The notes beneath the pieces were generated by a model. It saw only the letters and a program-made list of their open reading frames with translations, was not told the origin of the DNA and ran no database searches. A stretch of 56,526 nt of DNA, counting the filler, from Dugesia japonica (taxonomy: Eukaryota), in NCBI GenBank assembly GCA_001938525.1. It is 4 parts of 4 records of this genome, joined end to end, with 100 filler letters (N's around TTAATTAATTAA, not from the genome) between each part and the next. Parts side by side here need not be neighbours in the genome. Positions count along the whole stretch, not along the records: positions 34,727 to 43,774 come from MQRL01556498.1; positions 43,875 to 56,526 come from MQRL01602523.1; 2 more parts are not named here. One strand, written 5' to 3'. Below are positions 35,296 through 46,219 of this stretch, piece by piece. Position 1 is the stretch's first letter; each line of letters starts with the position of its first letter. Both the position numbers and the translations under genes were made by a program.

Positions 35296-35739
35296 TACTA
35301 AATTTTTTCAAGCAAATTAAACAAATCTGATTGTTATTTACATATCCTTGAAGATACAAATTTTTAAGTCCCAGTATCACTAGTTTTCTTGTTGAGAACA
35401 CATTAACACATAAAAATCATATTTTACAAGTCTTAGAGCTGGAAATAACTCTAGTTCGAAACAACAGTTGACTATTCTTGCTAATTTATACAATTTTATT
35501 GAAACTCCCATATTTACGACAACGGATAGCGATTGCAATTTTACATGTTTTATATAATCATGCAGTTCCAATGGTTTNNNNNNNNNNNNNNNNNTTATTC
35601 TACATTTTCCTGATCTGAAGAATAGAATTGTATATTTGTCACTTTTGACTTGAAATTGACATGGTTTGCCTGTAGGAAAGCTCATTTTCTTTGTTACTTC
35701 TTGTGAAACTTCACCACGGTAATTAATATTAGTTATCAT
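35296..35739 (-). pseudogene. TBP-like gene of Polinton copy 2
   Basis: MITNINYRGEVSQEVT..YTILFFRSGKCRI..VKLQSLSVVVNMGVSIKLYKLA..FELELFPALRL.., frameshift, then VFSTRKLVILGLK. 3' end approximate. Confidence 0.82.
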
Positions 35740-35846
35740 AATTAATGAAGTAATTAGGAACAATGAGGATTTGATAGAGTTAATTTAATTTATCCGTGAA
35801 AACAAATATAAACAATGCACTAAATTATGAATAAAGAAAAAACAAG

Positions 35847-36447
35847 ATGGAGATTAAGAAATGATGCAGTCTATCAAATTGTAGGACCTAGTGGGAAAAC
35901 TTTGTTTGTATGTCAGTTATTGAAATCAAAGTTATTCAAGTAAAAATTAGAAAACATATACTAGCATAGGTGTGCAGATGAGGAGCATTGGCTGACTAAA
36001 TCTAAATTTTGTAATATTAAAATAAAAATGATCAATGGTTTTGATAAAAATTAAAACAAAAGATTAAGACCAAGTAATGTTATTGTTGTTGATGATCTGT
36101 ATCAGGAGGTGAACAAAGAAAAAGATTTCAATAATTTATTAACAAAGATATTGAGATATACTAATGTGACTTTGATATTTATTACTCAAAATCTATTTCA
36201 TCATAGAACTCGTAATTTAAACGTGAAATAAATGGTTCTATTAAAAATTTCTAGATATCGGACTGTTGTTGATTTTATATCAAGACAAGCATATCCAAAT
36301 AATAGAAAATTTCTTATTGAATCATTTCAAATTTCAACAGAAAAACTACATGAATATCTATTTCTTGACTTAACACAACAATGTCCAGATGATTATAGAG
36401 TAAGAACAGATATAATCATTCCAAATGGCATCACAATATATAAATAG
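35847..36447 (+). pseudogene. Packaging ATPase, copy 2
   Basis: MELRNDAVYQIVGPSGKT, VIVVDDL, FITQNLF, RQAYPNN, RVRTDI. Confidence 0.9.
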
Positions 36448-36472
36448 GTAATTTTTCATAATATTTTAAAGA

Positions 36473-36730
36473 ATGACAAAATTAAAGAAATTTGTAGTTT
36501 ATCAAGTAACTGATGGTGTTGTTAAACGTCAAAAAATATCTTTTGATAAGAAAAATTATGGAAAACAGAAGAAACAACCGCATAAGAAACAACATGTAAA
36601 TAAAAAGCAACAAGTAAATAAAAGGAATATGTTTAAAAAACCTGCAAAACGAAGGGGAAAGAAACTGAGAATGATGAACAGAAAAAAGGATTATAAACAA
36701 ATTATAAATAAATGGTATGTATTATTTTAA
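36473..36730 (+). CDS. Lys-rich basic protein (85 aa; putative DNA-condensing core protein)
   Basis: Intact, very K/R-rich ORF directly after the ATPase in both copies. Confidence 0.65.
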   Translation: MTKLKKFVVYQVTDGVVKRQKISFDKKNYGKQKKQPHKKQHVNKKQQVNKRNMFKKPAKRRGKKLRMMNRKKDYKQIINKWYVLF

Positions 36731-36739
36731 TCAATAAAA

Positions 36740-37061
36740 ATGAAATTACAAAGAAGTATTCCTGTTTATTTTGCAGCTTTGATTAAATCCTCAAAACCTT
36801 TTAGAATGAGAATTTTACAATCATTCCCATCATATGTTATGGATGATTTATTTGAAATTATTATAAATATTGTTCGTGGTAATGTAGATTTGAGTGCAGC
36901 TAAAAAGAAAACATTGAAAAACATAAAAAAAACTTTATTAACGCTTGTAAACACAAAATTAGGAAATCAATAAGACGAGTAATGAACAATCAAAGTGGTG
37001 ATTTTATAGCAGGATTGCTACCAATTGCATGAGCTGCATTAAGCTTAACTTATTTCAAATA
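36740..37061 (+). pseudogene. GGF-type small virion protein, copy 2
   Basis: LFEIIINIVRGNV..QSGDFIAGLLPIA. Confidence 0.75.
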
Positions 37062-37099
37062 AACAATGATTGAATTTAATATTACAACTCAAATGAACA

Positions 37100-37189
37100 A
37101 TGGGTGGATTGCAATCATTACCTAATTTTGACTTGAAATTTGCATCAGATTGTTATAATGGTGACAGAAATGAAATCAATTTAGATTGA
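37100..37189 (+). CDS. 29-aa micro-ORF MGGLQSLPNFDLKFASDCYNG..
   Basis: Homologous and syntenic to 14460-14570; overlaps the integrase start. Confidence 0.55.
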   Translation: MGGLQSLPNFDLKFASDCYNGDRNEINLD

Positions 37190-37525
37190 TCCAGAAAACC
37201 CGGCAAGTTTTCATGGCCTAATAAATTAATGAAAGCAGCTCAAAAATCCTAAAGACAGACAAAAAAGTGGTTAGCTGGACATCTAGCATATAGCTTGAAC
37301 AAGTCAATGTTGAAAATGTTTCCAACAAAAGCATATAAAGCATTTGGTATTGATGATTTATGTTAAATGTATCTAATTAAAATGGTTCCATATTCAAAAA
37401 TTAATAAAGTTTACAAGTTTTACTTTTGTTATTTATCGTTGTATTCAATAGATCTGCAAGAATTTCCCGGTTTAAAGGAAATAGAATGAATAAACAATAC
37501 TATGTAAAATGCTATGGATAAAACA
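37170..37525 (+). pseudogene. Polinton integrase remnant, copy 2 (N-terminus kept, core deleted)
   Basis: DPENPASF, KWLAGHLAYSLNK..FPTKAY..GIDDL, then a jump to chromodomain-like KQYYVKCYG. Confidence 0.75.
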
Positions 37526-37571
37526 AAGTGAGGTATAAGTATCACAAATTGTCAACAAAGACAATTATTCT

Positions 37572-38648
37572 GATGAAATCAAATAATTNNNNNNNNNNNN
37601 NNNNNNNNNNNNNNNNNNNNNNNNNNNNNNNNNNNNNNNNNNNNNNNNNNNNNNNNNNNNNNNNNNNNNNNNNNNNNNNNNNNNNNNNNNNNNNNNNNNN
37701 NNNNNNNNNNNNNNNNNNNNNNNNNNNNNNNNNNNNNNNNATTTACAGTCAATCAAGGATTAAATATGAATTATTTAAGCCAATTGAGAAAGAACTAATA
37801 CTTGATGTTAACAACAAAAAAAGGGTGCTTTTAACAGTTAATTCTCAAGATAAATATAAAAATAATACAGAAACAGATACAATATTCAAGAAAAATAAGA
37901 TAACCTTTAGTAGTGATATTAAATTCCACAGTTTATCATTCGATACTTTTGAAAACTTGGTAAGATTTACATTTTGTAGAGGGTAATAGAAATTATAATA
38001 GTATAACTTTCGATGATCATAAATTATTTTCGATTCGCTTTCATGACTTTAAAAACGATGATTTTGTTGAAAAAATAAAAGTTAAATACTATTATGTAAC
38101 TGTAACTAAACACTCTTTTCAATTTGAAACAGATTTGTATATAGAGNATTTAAATCAACTACATGAATACTTGAAGAAAAACCTTTCAATATTATTTAAA
38201 ACCTTTTAATTAAATAAAGATGAACTATTTGAATTTACATTATCGAGTAGAACTAAAAGAGTTAGATTCGATAAAATCTTAACAAAATCACTAGTATTAA
38301 ATGAATCGCAATATACTCTTATACAAAATAATGATGAACTAATACAATATAAAAGTAATAAGAAACCAAGAATATTAAGGGGTTATAATGAAATGTTTAT
38401 CTATTGAAGTATTGTTGAACCTATAATTGTTGGAGATCTTAATGTTCCATTATTAAAAGCAATATAGATAGAACAGCATAAAAACGATGAAGTAGTGCAA
38501 ATAATTGTTGATCATCCAATGTATTTACCTATATTTTCATCATATATAAACAATATAGAAATAATTATACGCGATGATAATGGAAAACTAGTCAACGTTG
38601 CTGAAGACTCAAAAATACATTTAATGTTACATTTTAGAAAAATTAATA
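37572..38648 (+). pseudogene. Penton/minor capsid, copy 2
   Basis: MFIY*SIVEPIIVGDLNVPLLK..HPMYLPI..IEIIIRDDNG..LHFRK. Confidence 0.85.
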
Positions 38649-39092
38649 ATGAACCCTGATATTGTATCATTGTACAGTACTAGTCAAGCAGGTGCAGAAT
38701 TATCTTACTTTCTTGAAAAAAAGTATGGATCTGGGTAGTTCCGAACAATAGGGAGATTTGCTTTGTCAATTCTTAGACTTATTGGTTCTTTTGGTATGAA
38801 AACAGCTCAAGATGTACTAGCTAATGNTGGAAAAATACTACCCACATTGAAATCAAATGCATTAGCTAAATTTGGAAATGTAGTTTCTTCCTTACCTAGC
38901 GGAGTAACCAGCATGATTATAAAAGTAGCAAACATATAACCGCAAAGTATAATTAATAAAATACCATCAGAAATAACTAATATGCTAACAAATCAAGTAG
39001 AAACACCACAAAATAGTAGAAAACGTAGGAAATCTCATGGTTCACGTATAAACAAACGAATGATAGGACATGGAACAATATTTGAAAAATGA
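38649..39092 (+). pseudogene. QAG/YGSG small virion protein, copy 2
   Basis: MNPDIVSLYSTSQAGAELSYF..YGSG*FRTIGRFAL..NKRMIGHGTIFEK. Confidence 0.8.
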
Positions 39093-39480
39093 TTTGCGGT
39101 AAAACTGAATTATGCATTTTTGATAGACCATCTCCTCAAGCTGTAATTTTAAATGGTATTTTTGAAGATGTCTATTCTAAGAATTCAATTTCTGAATCAC
39201 AAAGTGATGTAGAGTTTTTTTAAACGGATCTCAAACAGAATTTTTAGTAATCCTAGTAACTATATGTNGCATACACTTTTTAAGGATGTAATTTTTTCGT
39301 TTAATAATTTCAAAATTGAAGGTGGAAATCGATGTTTTATTCACAAAGCATTGATTAAAATTTAAAACATTATAATGGCGATAATAAAAATATCTGTCTT
39401 ACAGCAATGGGATATGGATCAGAAGCAGATAAAAAAAGTCTATTGCAAAATCAAAACAATTATTTCTATGTGGTTCTTTG
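39089..39480 (+). pseudogene. 5' fragment of major capsid (hexon), copy 2
   Basis: MICGKTELCIFDRPSPQAVI..TLFKDVIFSFNNFKIEGGN. Confidence 0.8.
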
Positions 39481-40796
39481 CAATATCTTTGTAATCTTTA
39501 TTTTATAAAAAGTTCCAATGTAATGAGTCTTTTTTATAAGAATTTCCTCTGTAATAAATTATTTTTTTTAAAACATTCCAATGTAATGAATCTTTTTTTT
39601 TNNNNNNNNNNNNNNNNNNNNNNNNNNNNNNNNNNNNNNNNNNNNNNNNNNNNNNNNNNNNNNNNNNNNNNNNNNNNNNNNNNNNNNNNNNNNNNNNNNN
39701 NNNNNNNNNNNNNNNNNNNNNNNNNNNNNNNNNNNNNNNNNNNNNNNNNNNNNNNNNNNNNNNAATAGGGTTGCAACACACACATTCACACAAAAATGTG
39801 TCCCTTTAAATTTTGAAAACTATTCAAAAAACGAAAATATATTAAAAATATTAATATTTCAATAGGGATGCAACTCAGATGCAACGCATGAGCAACATAC
39901 ATAATCTAAATCACATGACAAATAATTTTTAATCATATGTCTATTAATTTTTAATCTCATAAAATCATTAAAAGTCATAAATTGCTTAGTAAATTTTTTT
40001 TAACTTCTAATATTATTAATATTGTAATAGGAATTCAACATACAAAAAAATCATGTGTCTGCAAATTTTTAAAACTACTCCTACCACTAAAATATAACAA
40101 TAACCCATAGTAACTATGTAAAATGTAAGTTAACTAATAATAATTTAATTTTAAAAAATTTATATTCATATTACCATAATTATAATAATTAGAATTATGA
40201 TAATNNNNNNNNNNNNNNNNNNNNNNNNNNNNNNNNNNNNNNNNNNNNNNNNNNTAATAATTTAATTTTAAAAAATTTATATTCATATTACCATAATTAT
40301 AATAATTAGAATTATGATAATATGAAATCAAACAATCAATAAATATATTGATTGCTTAATTTCATAATACAGTCTAAAAAAATCAATAATGGATTATAAT
40401 AAATTACTAAAAACCTGATAATAATTTGAAGAAATCCTATTGGCTNNNNNNNNNNNNNNNNNNNNNNNNNNNNNNNNNNNNNNNNNNNNNNNNNNNNNNN
40501 NNNNNNNNNAACCTGATGAATATAATATGTTAAGGACAAGGGGTAAGAAAATATTTGTGTGCACACACATGCACAAAAAAGCTAACATTCATTATTTTTC
40601 AATTTAGTAAGGGACCACCTCATTTCAGTAATACCGTTTTTTTGTAATAAAAAATTAATTGAATTTAGATCGATTTCGAAACTATTTCAAGCTCTAGCTC
40701 GGAAGCCACAATTCCGGCCAAAATCAATAAAACAAGAGCAAAGTAATATTGTAAATTTATCAATGAAATATTTATAAAATTATTAGGATTTCCTCT

Positions 40797-41635
40797 GTGG
40801 ATAAAAAGTGCATTATCAGCGCTTATGAAAATGGAGACGATATGAAGACTATAGAGAGGCTCCTCAATTTTAATAAAGGAACCATAAAAAATATATTGTA
40901 CCGGTACAATAAAACTGGATCAATTTCGTTAGGTAAAATTGGAGATTATAAGAAGAAATTGATAAATAAAGAATTGAGGGATGCACTCTTGGCAGAAATT
41001 GACAAGCATCCCGACATAACATTAGAAGAAATGAAAATGTTATTATCAGAAAAAAATTGCAATGTTTCTTGTGGAACAATCTCAAATTTCTTGAAAAATG
41101 AATTTGACACTTTCAAGAAACTAAAATATTCAAATGTTGAGAAGAATTTGGATAGAGTTAAGAAACTCCGGAGAGAATACGTAACAAATATGCTATGCAA
41201 CTCTGTCCGTGCCAAGCAGTGCGTCTACATAGACGAANNNNNNNNNNNNNNNNNNNNNNNNNNNNNNNNNNNNNNNNNNNNNNNNNNNNNNNNNNNNNNN
41301 NNNNNNNNNNNNNNNNNNNNNNNNNNNNNNNNNNNNNNNNNNNNNNNNNNNNNNNNNNNNNNNNNNNTGAAGTTCGTGAGGGTTCTGTCACCCAGCCGAT
41401 ATACCAGAAATTTATCTGCGATTTAAGTATTATTCTGAAAGTAGAGCTACATTATCTTATCCACTATAATGCTTCAATTCACAACTCTGTCCTTACTACT
41501 GCAGATTGCCACAAAATCTGGAACCTCCCTCCCTACAGCCCAATGGCTTCTGAAAAAGAAGTTAATTTAAGCCATTATTATCATCATGTGAAAACCTTTT
41601 ATCCTAGTTGTTTTATGTTGGAAAATATATATTAG
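40797..41635 (+). pseudogene. IS630-Tc1-mariner superfamily (IS630-like) transposase remnant
   Basis: Two HTH-like segments (IISAYENG..TIKNILYRY..G; HPDITLEEM..VSCGTIS..L), VYIDE, HYNASIH (degenerate DNASIH), LPPYSP. Confidence 0.82.
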
Positions 41636-42070
41636 TATGAGATTTTCTTTTTTATCAAATTTTCTTCTTCAAATTAATCAAAATAGCTACAAAAAACAAT
41701 AAAAATACATAGAAAAATATTAACTAGGGCCTTACTTAATTGCTTTGTTCATTTATTTAAATGATTTAACTGTACCATAATTCTTATTATAGTAATTATA
41801 GTAATATGAAATTAAAATTTTCATTTTTTAATTTCTAATTCATTTAGCAATAAAAATTAAACAATCAATATATGTATCGATTGTTTAACTCATCTGTGTT
41901 TGTGCGCTCACATCTACCTACTATTGTTATTATTATTATTCTTAATTAATATTTTTTTATTATAATTATTTATATAATTAATTTTATGATTAATATTATT
42001 ATGATTATTATTTTTATTATTATAATTATTGTAATTATTATTATTATAATTTACTCTCTATATGTAATAA

Positions 42071-42481
42071 ACAATTATTCAATGTTTTAAATAAACAGTT
42101 TGAAAGGGTTATTTGTTACTATAAATACAATTAATATTAATGTAATGGGTAGGTATGTAGGTTATGAGACATAGGTAGAATTTGTGATGAGCTTCGCTCA
42201 AACACTGTGAAAAAATTAACAGGATATTTTATATTACGCAGTTATGACGTAGCTATACTTGTACCATATATAAAAATCTTAAAATGCTTGGTGACTGGTT
42301 TACGCGAAGCTGTCAGAGTTATTTTACGTTAATTACAGTAACTTCAAATTTCAGACGTCTACAATTATTCAATGTTTTAAATAAAAAGTTTATGGGTTAT
42401 TTGTTACTATGAATAGAATTAATATTAATGCATTTGGTTGAAAGGTAGGTTTTGAGTAATAAGTATAATTTGTGATGAGCT
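42071..42481 (+). repeat. ~120-bp imperfect direct repeat (42071-42192 / 42360-42481)
   Basis: ACAATTATTCAATGTTTTAAATAAA..GGGTTATTTGTTACTAT..AATTTGTGATGAGCT occurs twice. Confidence 0.8.
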
Positions 42482-42884
42482 GCAATAGTGCGTAATGATA
42501 AAAAAGAATACGTGGGTTGGGTAATATAACCTATTGGTACTTTTTCTATCTTCTTTGTAAGTGTTTATNNNNNNNNNNNNNNNNNNNNNNNNNNNNNNNN
42601 NNNNNNNNNNNNNNNNNNNNNNNNNNNNAAGTACTGCAACGTAGTATATTGTTGCATTTACAAAGTTATTAGTCATGAAAATAACAAAGACATGTTTTTG
42701 ATTATAACAAAGGTCAATTAACAGCTTTAAACTTTTATGATTGTAACAAAAATTAATTAACTATTTTTAAATTTAATAAAAATAAATAAAATAAAATATA
42801 TTCAAATAATACATTTATTTACTTACAACATATACATTTTTAACTACATTGTTGATTATTCTTTTAAATAAATGTTAATTTTCA

Positions 42885-43774
42885 GCTAGAATGTTGATTT
42901 TTAAGCCACAATAGACAATGTTGACCGCAGGATGTTGTAAATGGATTTTGAAATCTAATTTTGTTATATTTAATTGGTTGGATATTTTTGAGAGATGTGA
43001 GACCAACATATGCGGATAATAAAATCCAAGCGGAACAAAACCTGAAATAATTGAAGGCTTATGATAAATTGCTATCCAATGTTTTCCACCAAGATTTGAT
43101 GCATCAGCATTGACGATTAAGGCTTTATTAACTGAAAAGTATGATAGTCTGTCTAATGGATATACGATTTCAACAATTCTTATACAATTTGATTAATCTG
43201 AAAAGAACTAATAAAGTATAAAATACTGAAATTAAATTGAAAACTTACTTCATAATTGTGATTATTTGATTATATTAGATATTGTTTACACTAGTACGGT
43301 TCCATTAGGATTTATTTAAATTTCGCTTTCAAATACTCCATATTTTATAACATAAGCTGGTGTAGTCAAAGCTTTTTGTTCGTTTTCCTTTTTTCATCTG
43401 ATCAACTACAAATTTTTAAAATTTCGCCATTTTACAATATAATAATTACTTAGTTTGTTTATAAACAGTAACGCCATCAGAATTGAAAATATTAGTTCTC
43501 ATCCTCAGTTCATCTAAAAATTGCTGTGTAAAGTAGAGAAAAATATAACCAAGCGGATATATTGTTGCATCTTTAAATGATTCAATAAAAAATTTTCTAT
43601 TATTAGGATAGGCCTGTCTTGCTAGAAAATCAACAACTGTTTGATCTCTTAGATTTTTAAATAGAAGCAAATATTGTACATTAAAATTACATGTTCTATA
43701 ACTTCCGCCTTGATGGAATAAATTTTGAGTAATGAATATAACAGTCACATTACAATGTCTGCTTATTTTTGTAA
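42885..43774 (-). mobile_element. Polinton copy 3 fragment: ATPase 3' part, start of basic protein, deletion, hexon tail, protease
   Basis: ORF 43446-43748 is the ATPase. MAKFKKFVV at ~43430; ALTTPAYVIKYGVFESEI at ~43320-43373; LIVNADASNLGGKHWIAIY..SCGQHCLLWL at 42890-43170. Confidence 0.88.
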
Positions 43775-43818
43775 NNNNNNNNNNNNNNNNNNNNNNNNNN
43801 NNNNNNNNNNNNNNNNNN

Positions 43819-43830
43819 TTAATTAATTAA
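43819..43830. other. Artificial contig linker TTAATTAATTAA
   Basis: Same as 24246. Confidence 0.9.
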
Positions 43831-43874
43831 NNNNNNNNNNNNNNNNNNNNNNNNNNNNNNNNNNNNNNNNNNNN

Positions 43875-43912
<38 letters not shown>

Positions 43913-44244
43913 TTGGGTTTTCACGAGTTTAAATGATGTTATTTCTGTTATAGTAGGGTCATTAAGTGAAAGCCACAAGCATTTTAGCGTCGTGTGTCTT
44001 TTACACGCTCTCAGTTTGGTTCCGATGACTTCCTGTCATGGGAGTGTTGTAACCGTTCCTTTGGTTATGGTCCAGCGGACCAAAGTATAAGTCCGACTGA
44101 ATTTTCGTAGACAAATGTCTCATTTAAAGTAAAATTCTTTTAATAAATTCATTGATGTTACAGTTTTAGTCTAATTTACAATTTAAATTATTTTCGTTAA
44201 TGTTATTTCGAGCATTAATTTTCCATGAATCTTATGGTTTAATC

Positions 44245-46215
44245 CACGGGTTTCCAAACTTGATGTTACTATGCCTCCCTTAAAAATATTTAATCATTTC
44301 GCGCCTCCCATCCCCCCTCCATTTCATAGATAATAAAAACAAAACATTTTACTGCTAAAAAATTTATTAATTCAAACTAATGGAAAACCAAACAAAATAA
44401 TAACGATATTTTATTATTGTTTTTTATTGAGATGGATGTGCACATGTGTCTATTAGCACATAGTTTATCAAATCTTGGTAGTAGTTGTAGCTCTTTTTCT
44501 ACAACTAAACAAGCTCGATATTTTGATTTCATTGCAGCTAAGGCAGAATAAATATGATGTTGCAAACAACAGCAGCACTTTCAAAGCTATGTTTGACAAA
44601 GTATTATATTCTGTATTAAGATTCAACCAAAATTGAACTAGAGATACAGTCTGAAATTTTTGTTTCAATGTAGTATCACAAGATAATTCAATCTATTTTT
44701 CATTTTCAATACTTTTCAATCCAAATTCATCATCTTCTTCGTCGATAAATGGATTATGTATCCACGCAAAACTTTGTAAAATAAAGACCTTCAAAATAAT
44801 TCGAAAATTTAATTAACAAACCATCCAAGTGTTCAATAAATAGATTTTTGTTTGCTTCTATGTTATCTCGGACGCATAAATTGAAAAGTGAAAACATGTC
44901 AATCTTATTTTTTTGCAAATTAGATTTCCATAGCTCCAATTTCTTTCTAAATGCAGTCACTTTGTCTTTTTGTAAAAGCAAATGCATTTGTGGTCCTTGC
45001 ATTGATTTATTAAAAACACTCAATTTTCCAAATATGTAAGTTAAACAATAAAATGATCATCCCTAAACATATTTCCGTCTTCATTATGATTTTCATCGAA
45101 AAGAATTGCAATTTCTTCTGAGTTCACGTACCCTTTGAATCACTTTTGCACGAGATAGCCAGCGCACTTCACAATAGTACAGAAGTGAGATGTAATTAGT
45201 TTCCATATCTTCACACAGCTTTGCGAACCACCTAAATTTTCATGGGCTGTTTTTTATGTAATTTATAACTTTTTTTACTTTTGTAAAAATGTTGTTGAGT
45301 TCCTTATTTATATTTTTTGATAGGATAGCTGCTCTGTGCAGCATGCAGTGCGTCCAGTGAGCTTCAGGTGTTTTCCTTTTAACTAGTATTTAAAGACCAG
45401 TTTTGTGTCCCGACATTGATTTTACACTGTCAGTATAGAGCCCAATACAATTATTTCATATTATGTCGTTCTCATTAAAAAATTCTTTCTATCATATTAA
45501 AATTTTCATTGGATGTAGCTCTGCAAGGAATTGGTATGCAAAATAATACATCTTCAATTATATTAGTCTCTTCAACATATCGAACATATACAATTAAATA
45601 TGCGTCTTTATCTACATCAGTCGCTTCATCTACTTGTATGGCGAATTTTGAAGTACGCATTCGAGAAACTAATTGGTCGCAAAGATCTTCGGATATATCA
45701 TCAATTCTTCTGTCAATTGGATTGTCAGCAAGCGGCATTTGTTGCAGCAGTTTTGCATATGATTCGCCAAAGATGTTTTTGACCATATCAATAGCTGCTG
45801 ACAAAACTAAGGTTTCTATTTTTGTGTATTGTTTTTTACACTTCGCAATTATGTAAGACACTAAGTATGATGCTAGTAATGACTTTTATGGAATATAAGC
45901 TCTTTTTTTGAAAGTCTTCTTTTGTTTAGCTAAATAATCCAATTTTCTTTGAAAAAATTCTTGGGGCTTACCAACGTATTCAGAATGCATAGTTTCAAGG
46001 TACAGTTTTAATTTTCCGGGTCTCATACTGTCAGCAGCCAAAAGTTTTGAACAAAACAAACATATTGATTTTTCCACATTAATAATACTTGTAAATCCGA
46101 ACGATAAATAGGATACATCGTATTTTCTTGTCTTGGAAGTTCTTTCTTCCTGTTCCGCGTTGCTTATATTCCCACTACTTGTGCCAACAGCATAATATTT
46201 ATTATTAGTGGATTT
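44245..46215 (-). mobile_element. Decayed hAT (Buster/Charlie, ZBED5/8-like) transposon, 5' end lost
   Basis: RKYD.SYL.FGF, CLFC..L..DSMRPGKLK..H (BED finger), FAIQVDEATD, WTHCMLHR, EVRWLSR, hATC FW..ALKVLLLFATSYL. TIR CACGGGTTTCCAAACT at 44245 is preceded by GTTTAATC (nnnTAnnn). Confidence 0.92.
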
Positions 46216-46219
46216 AGAC

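Larger units (their letters stand above)
34859..39480 (+). mobile_element. Polinton copy 2 (partial, divergent relative of copy 1)
   Basis: Same gene order as copy 1: TBP-like (-), ATPase, basic protein, GGF protein, micro-ORF, integrase, penton, QAG protein, 5' part of hexon. Confidence 0.93.

Noticed and set aside
39478-40590. ORFs spanning N runs, and the duplicated 40135-40204/40255-40320 segment
   Set aside because: Gap artefacts; the duplication flanks a gap and is probably an unmerged overlap.
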